Positions 61,176-64,000 of a DNA stretch of 64,000 nt are shown here, in pieces (position 1 is the first letter of the stretch; every line of letters starts with the position of its first letter). This DNA is from Selaginella moellendorffii (lineage: Eukaryota; Plantae; Lycopodiophyta): NCBI RefSeq assembly GCF_000143415.4, contig NW_003314273.1, positions 1,188,074 through 1,252,073 on the forward strand, given 5' to 3'. The notes beneath the pieces are model-generated. The model was given only the letters and a program-made list of their open reading frames with translations, searched no databases and was not told where the DNA came from. The translations under genes were made by a program, and so were the position numbers.

Positions 61176-64000
61176 TCAAGCAATCCTCCTGCGTTAGGAG
61201 AAAGTCAAATGGTAATATTACTCACGTCTGATCGTGCATCATCTATAGCAATGTTAATGCATTGTGGCGCATCATGGATGTCCAAACTCCCAATTGCAAA
61301 TTGAACCCGGCCCTCTGTTTTAAGTGTCGCATGGTTATTATTAGATCCCGCAGTTTCTCCCGTGTGATTAATGTGAATCTGTCTCTTTTGACCAACTTGC
61401 GACCGCAGGCTTTGGAGGGTGTAGTGACATTTGAGGACAAGCCACGCTCATGGGAGAAAAGGACACCGTTCAGATAAAAAACGATACAGTACCTTCGCCG
61501 TGACTCTGAAATGAAATGCGTCAGCATAAAAAATGGTACAAGTCAATTTTACCATCTACAATATTAGCGAATGGTGCTCCCGATGGTCGTTGAGAGGGTT
61601 TTGGTCGAGGAAACGTGAAGGGCGGAAATACTCTCCTCTGCAATGTGGGGTAAATCGCATCTGATGGTGTGTGGGCACATGCCATTTCAGCTGTAGACTC
61701 TGGTACAACTGGCTCAACAGTGGCATGGGGTGGTTCCGATGGCGTGTGATCACACGCCATTTCAGCTGGTGCCTCCGTTGGCAAAGTGGACATGACCGAA
61801 CAGGCAGCAGGGGCGGTGTAGGGAGGTTCCAACGGCGCGTAGTCAGACGATTGGGCACACGTTGAGTCCGTTGGAAATGAGGATACGACCAGCTCGGCAG
61901 CTGGGGCGGCCTCATGCGGGTCCAATGGCGCCTGGTCACCGTCAGTTGGATACGTGGACAAGATTGACTCAGTGGTATGGGCAGCATCAAGTGGAGTGTG
62001 GTCAGCTTGCTTGGCGTTGATATGGATAGTAGCCTCCACCAGCTCTGATGACTCTTGCAGGCAAGTAGAGTCCACTGGCGGATCCATATGCATGTCCAAA
62101 TATCTCCCTTCGATTGAGATGGTATCCTCCCGTGCTACTAAAAACAAACTCATTAGCACATTGAATCGACTATATTGTATTTACCATCAACTGCTATTGA
62201 GGAACTAGGACCGATATCACTTGGGCACATTGCTGATTCTGAAGGATTGGACATACGCTTCGACCCTTGCTTGGCACTATCCTTCCTCGACACTAAAGGC
62301 TAGAGTTTGTATCTTAATTCAACTGAATAATCTCTACTTACCATTTGCTCTGCAACCTACATGGACAATGTTAGAAATGGTAAAAGGTTAGGAATGGATG
62401 TACTATTATTTACCTGATGGTTTGTCTTGTATGACCTTCCTCCGCTGCTCTTTGGCCACCTCAGGCTGGCCATCGTCGTCATCATCGTCGTCGTCGTTAT
62501 TGTGATCGTCACCATTGTGAGGACCATCCAAGTCCTCTTCGTCCTCCTCTTCTTCGTCCTCCTCTTCTTTGTCCTCCTCTTCGTCCTTCTGCTCTTCCTG
62601 CTCATTATCTTTCTCTGGCTCCTCATCCCCCTCCTGCATTTCTTCCATAGGCTGCTCAGGCTGGATGGCTTGTTCTTCCAGGACCATCTTGGGAAAATCA
62701 TCTGGCCGAGTCTCCATCTCAAAATACAAGACATCCATAGCCTGTTTTAATGCATGACCTAGGACCGTATCCTCACCCGATTGTCTTAACATGGTTTCTG
62801 CATGTTCTTGCACCCTTCAAAGACGATGAGATGAGAAAAACGTGGCCCTGACTTGAAAAGCATCCCTCATCCATTGTACCTCTCTATTGAGATTGGGGAA
62901 GGGGAGTCCGCCATAGGAATCTGAGTCAGGAGGTGGTGACTGGCTACTTTCACTCAGCCCTTGATCTGCAATGAATGGCATGAGCACATACACCATAACC
63001 GCGAGGCATTACCTATAATCTCTTCGTTGCCCTTCTTCCTTTTCGAATCAAACGCCTCTGATCCCGACGACTGTCCAACGTGCTTTCGCTTTTTATGACC
63101 ACTGTCAGTTTGAGCTTGATCTGCAAGAAATGGCATGAGGACCCACGCAATAACCATGACGCTTTACTTCCCGTCCTTGGAGGCTCTGTCGTGCCTTCCG
63201 CATCCTCAGGTGCCTGCTCCTCAATTCCCTTTCGCTTTCGTTTCTTATGTGCCCGTTCTACAGAAATAGCATGAGGACATATGCGATAAGCACACAAATG
63301 CTTTTACCCTTCCTCCTCTGCCCTGGTCGGTTGTCCATCTCTTTGTCTACAGCGTCTGAAAGCTGTTTTGCAGGTAGCCTAATTCGAGGTTCACGATGTC
63401 TCCTTGGCACTTGAACTGTATATTATTGCATCAACACATGCAACATCCCATAATATTTTTAAGTTACCTTTCATAAAGTTTTCCATTGGTTCAACTCGTT
63501 CCCCTGAAATACAAACTTAGATAAGTGCATGGGGCCATATGTCATGATCGTACTTGTTTCGGAACTCTCCTTATCACTCTCCGAGGCCTCCCCCTCCTCC
63601 ATTGGAGGCACGTTGTTCCGTTCGATTTCCTCGACGCGATCTGCAAGAACATTAGTTAATTGCGTGGGGCCACACGCCATCAAACCTTCAGGTTCTTGTC
63701 GTGAGGTCTGTGCTGCTTGCCCTAGTCTCTTTGGAATTTGAGCTGCAAGAAGCAATGGCATGAGAATTCACGTATAACAAAAATGATTGGTACCTCTCGT
63801 CCGTTGTACTTGGCTGGTGCTTGCCTGTTTTGCCTTTGAAGAAGTGTCTCCTGCAAGGAATGGCATGAGACCACATGCCATTGCAAATATAATTTGTACC
63901 TCCTTTTTTCCTATTGCTTGTCTGTTTGTCCTTCTTCGACGTGCCACCAGTGCGCTTTTCAGTCTTCGTGTCTGAATATTCACAACGATCTATAATCAAA
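61176..64000 (-). mobile_element. Second, inverted and truncated copy of the giant DNA transposon (cargo-gene exons)
   Basis: The reverse complement is near-identical to 16447-19241, with the same exons, introns and palindromes. It continues past the window end. Confidence 0.95.

Overview
Eukaryotic plant DNA. The ~50-bp GT-AG introns, TTTAGGG repeats and flagellum-type genes point to a seed-free plant with motile sperm, probably a lycophyte such as Selaginella (inference). The window is mostly nested, decayed Ty3/gypsy LTR retrotransposons (1-34 kb and 54-61 kb), two Helitron remnants (35.3-39.3 kb), and a host gene island at 40.6-53.3 kb (QRICH2/DUF4795-like, WD40-repeat and RSPH10B-like MORN genes). 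The standout is a 14.6-kb TIR DNA transposon at 5663-20226. Its 24-bp TIRs and target-site duplication are visible, and a homologous empty site lies at ~59275-59313. It carries two divergent genes: a Sola-like (DUF7869-type) DDE transposase, and a ~17-exon, ~1,750-aa cargo gene whose inferred domains are ParB/Srx-like, degenerate N4/N6-methyltransferase-like and FCP1/NIF HAD-phosphatase-like. About 30 copies of a 20-bp palindrome, TGGCRTG-N6-CAYGCCA, are spread through the element, often one per ~50-bp intron. A second, inverted, truncated copy starts at 61176 and runs off the window. The layout suggests a transposon-encoded protein plus cognate-site system (ParB/parS-like, or VANC-like anti-silencing). 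All domain calls are by eye and need HMM or structure confirmation.
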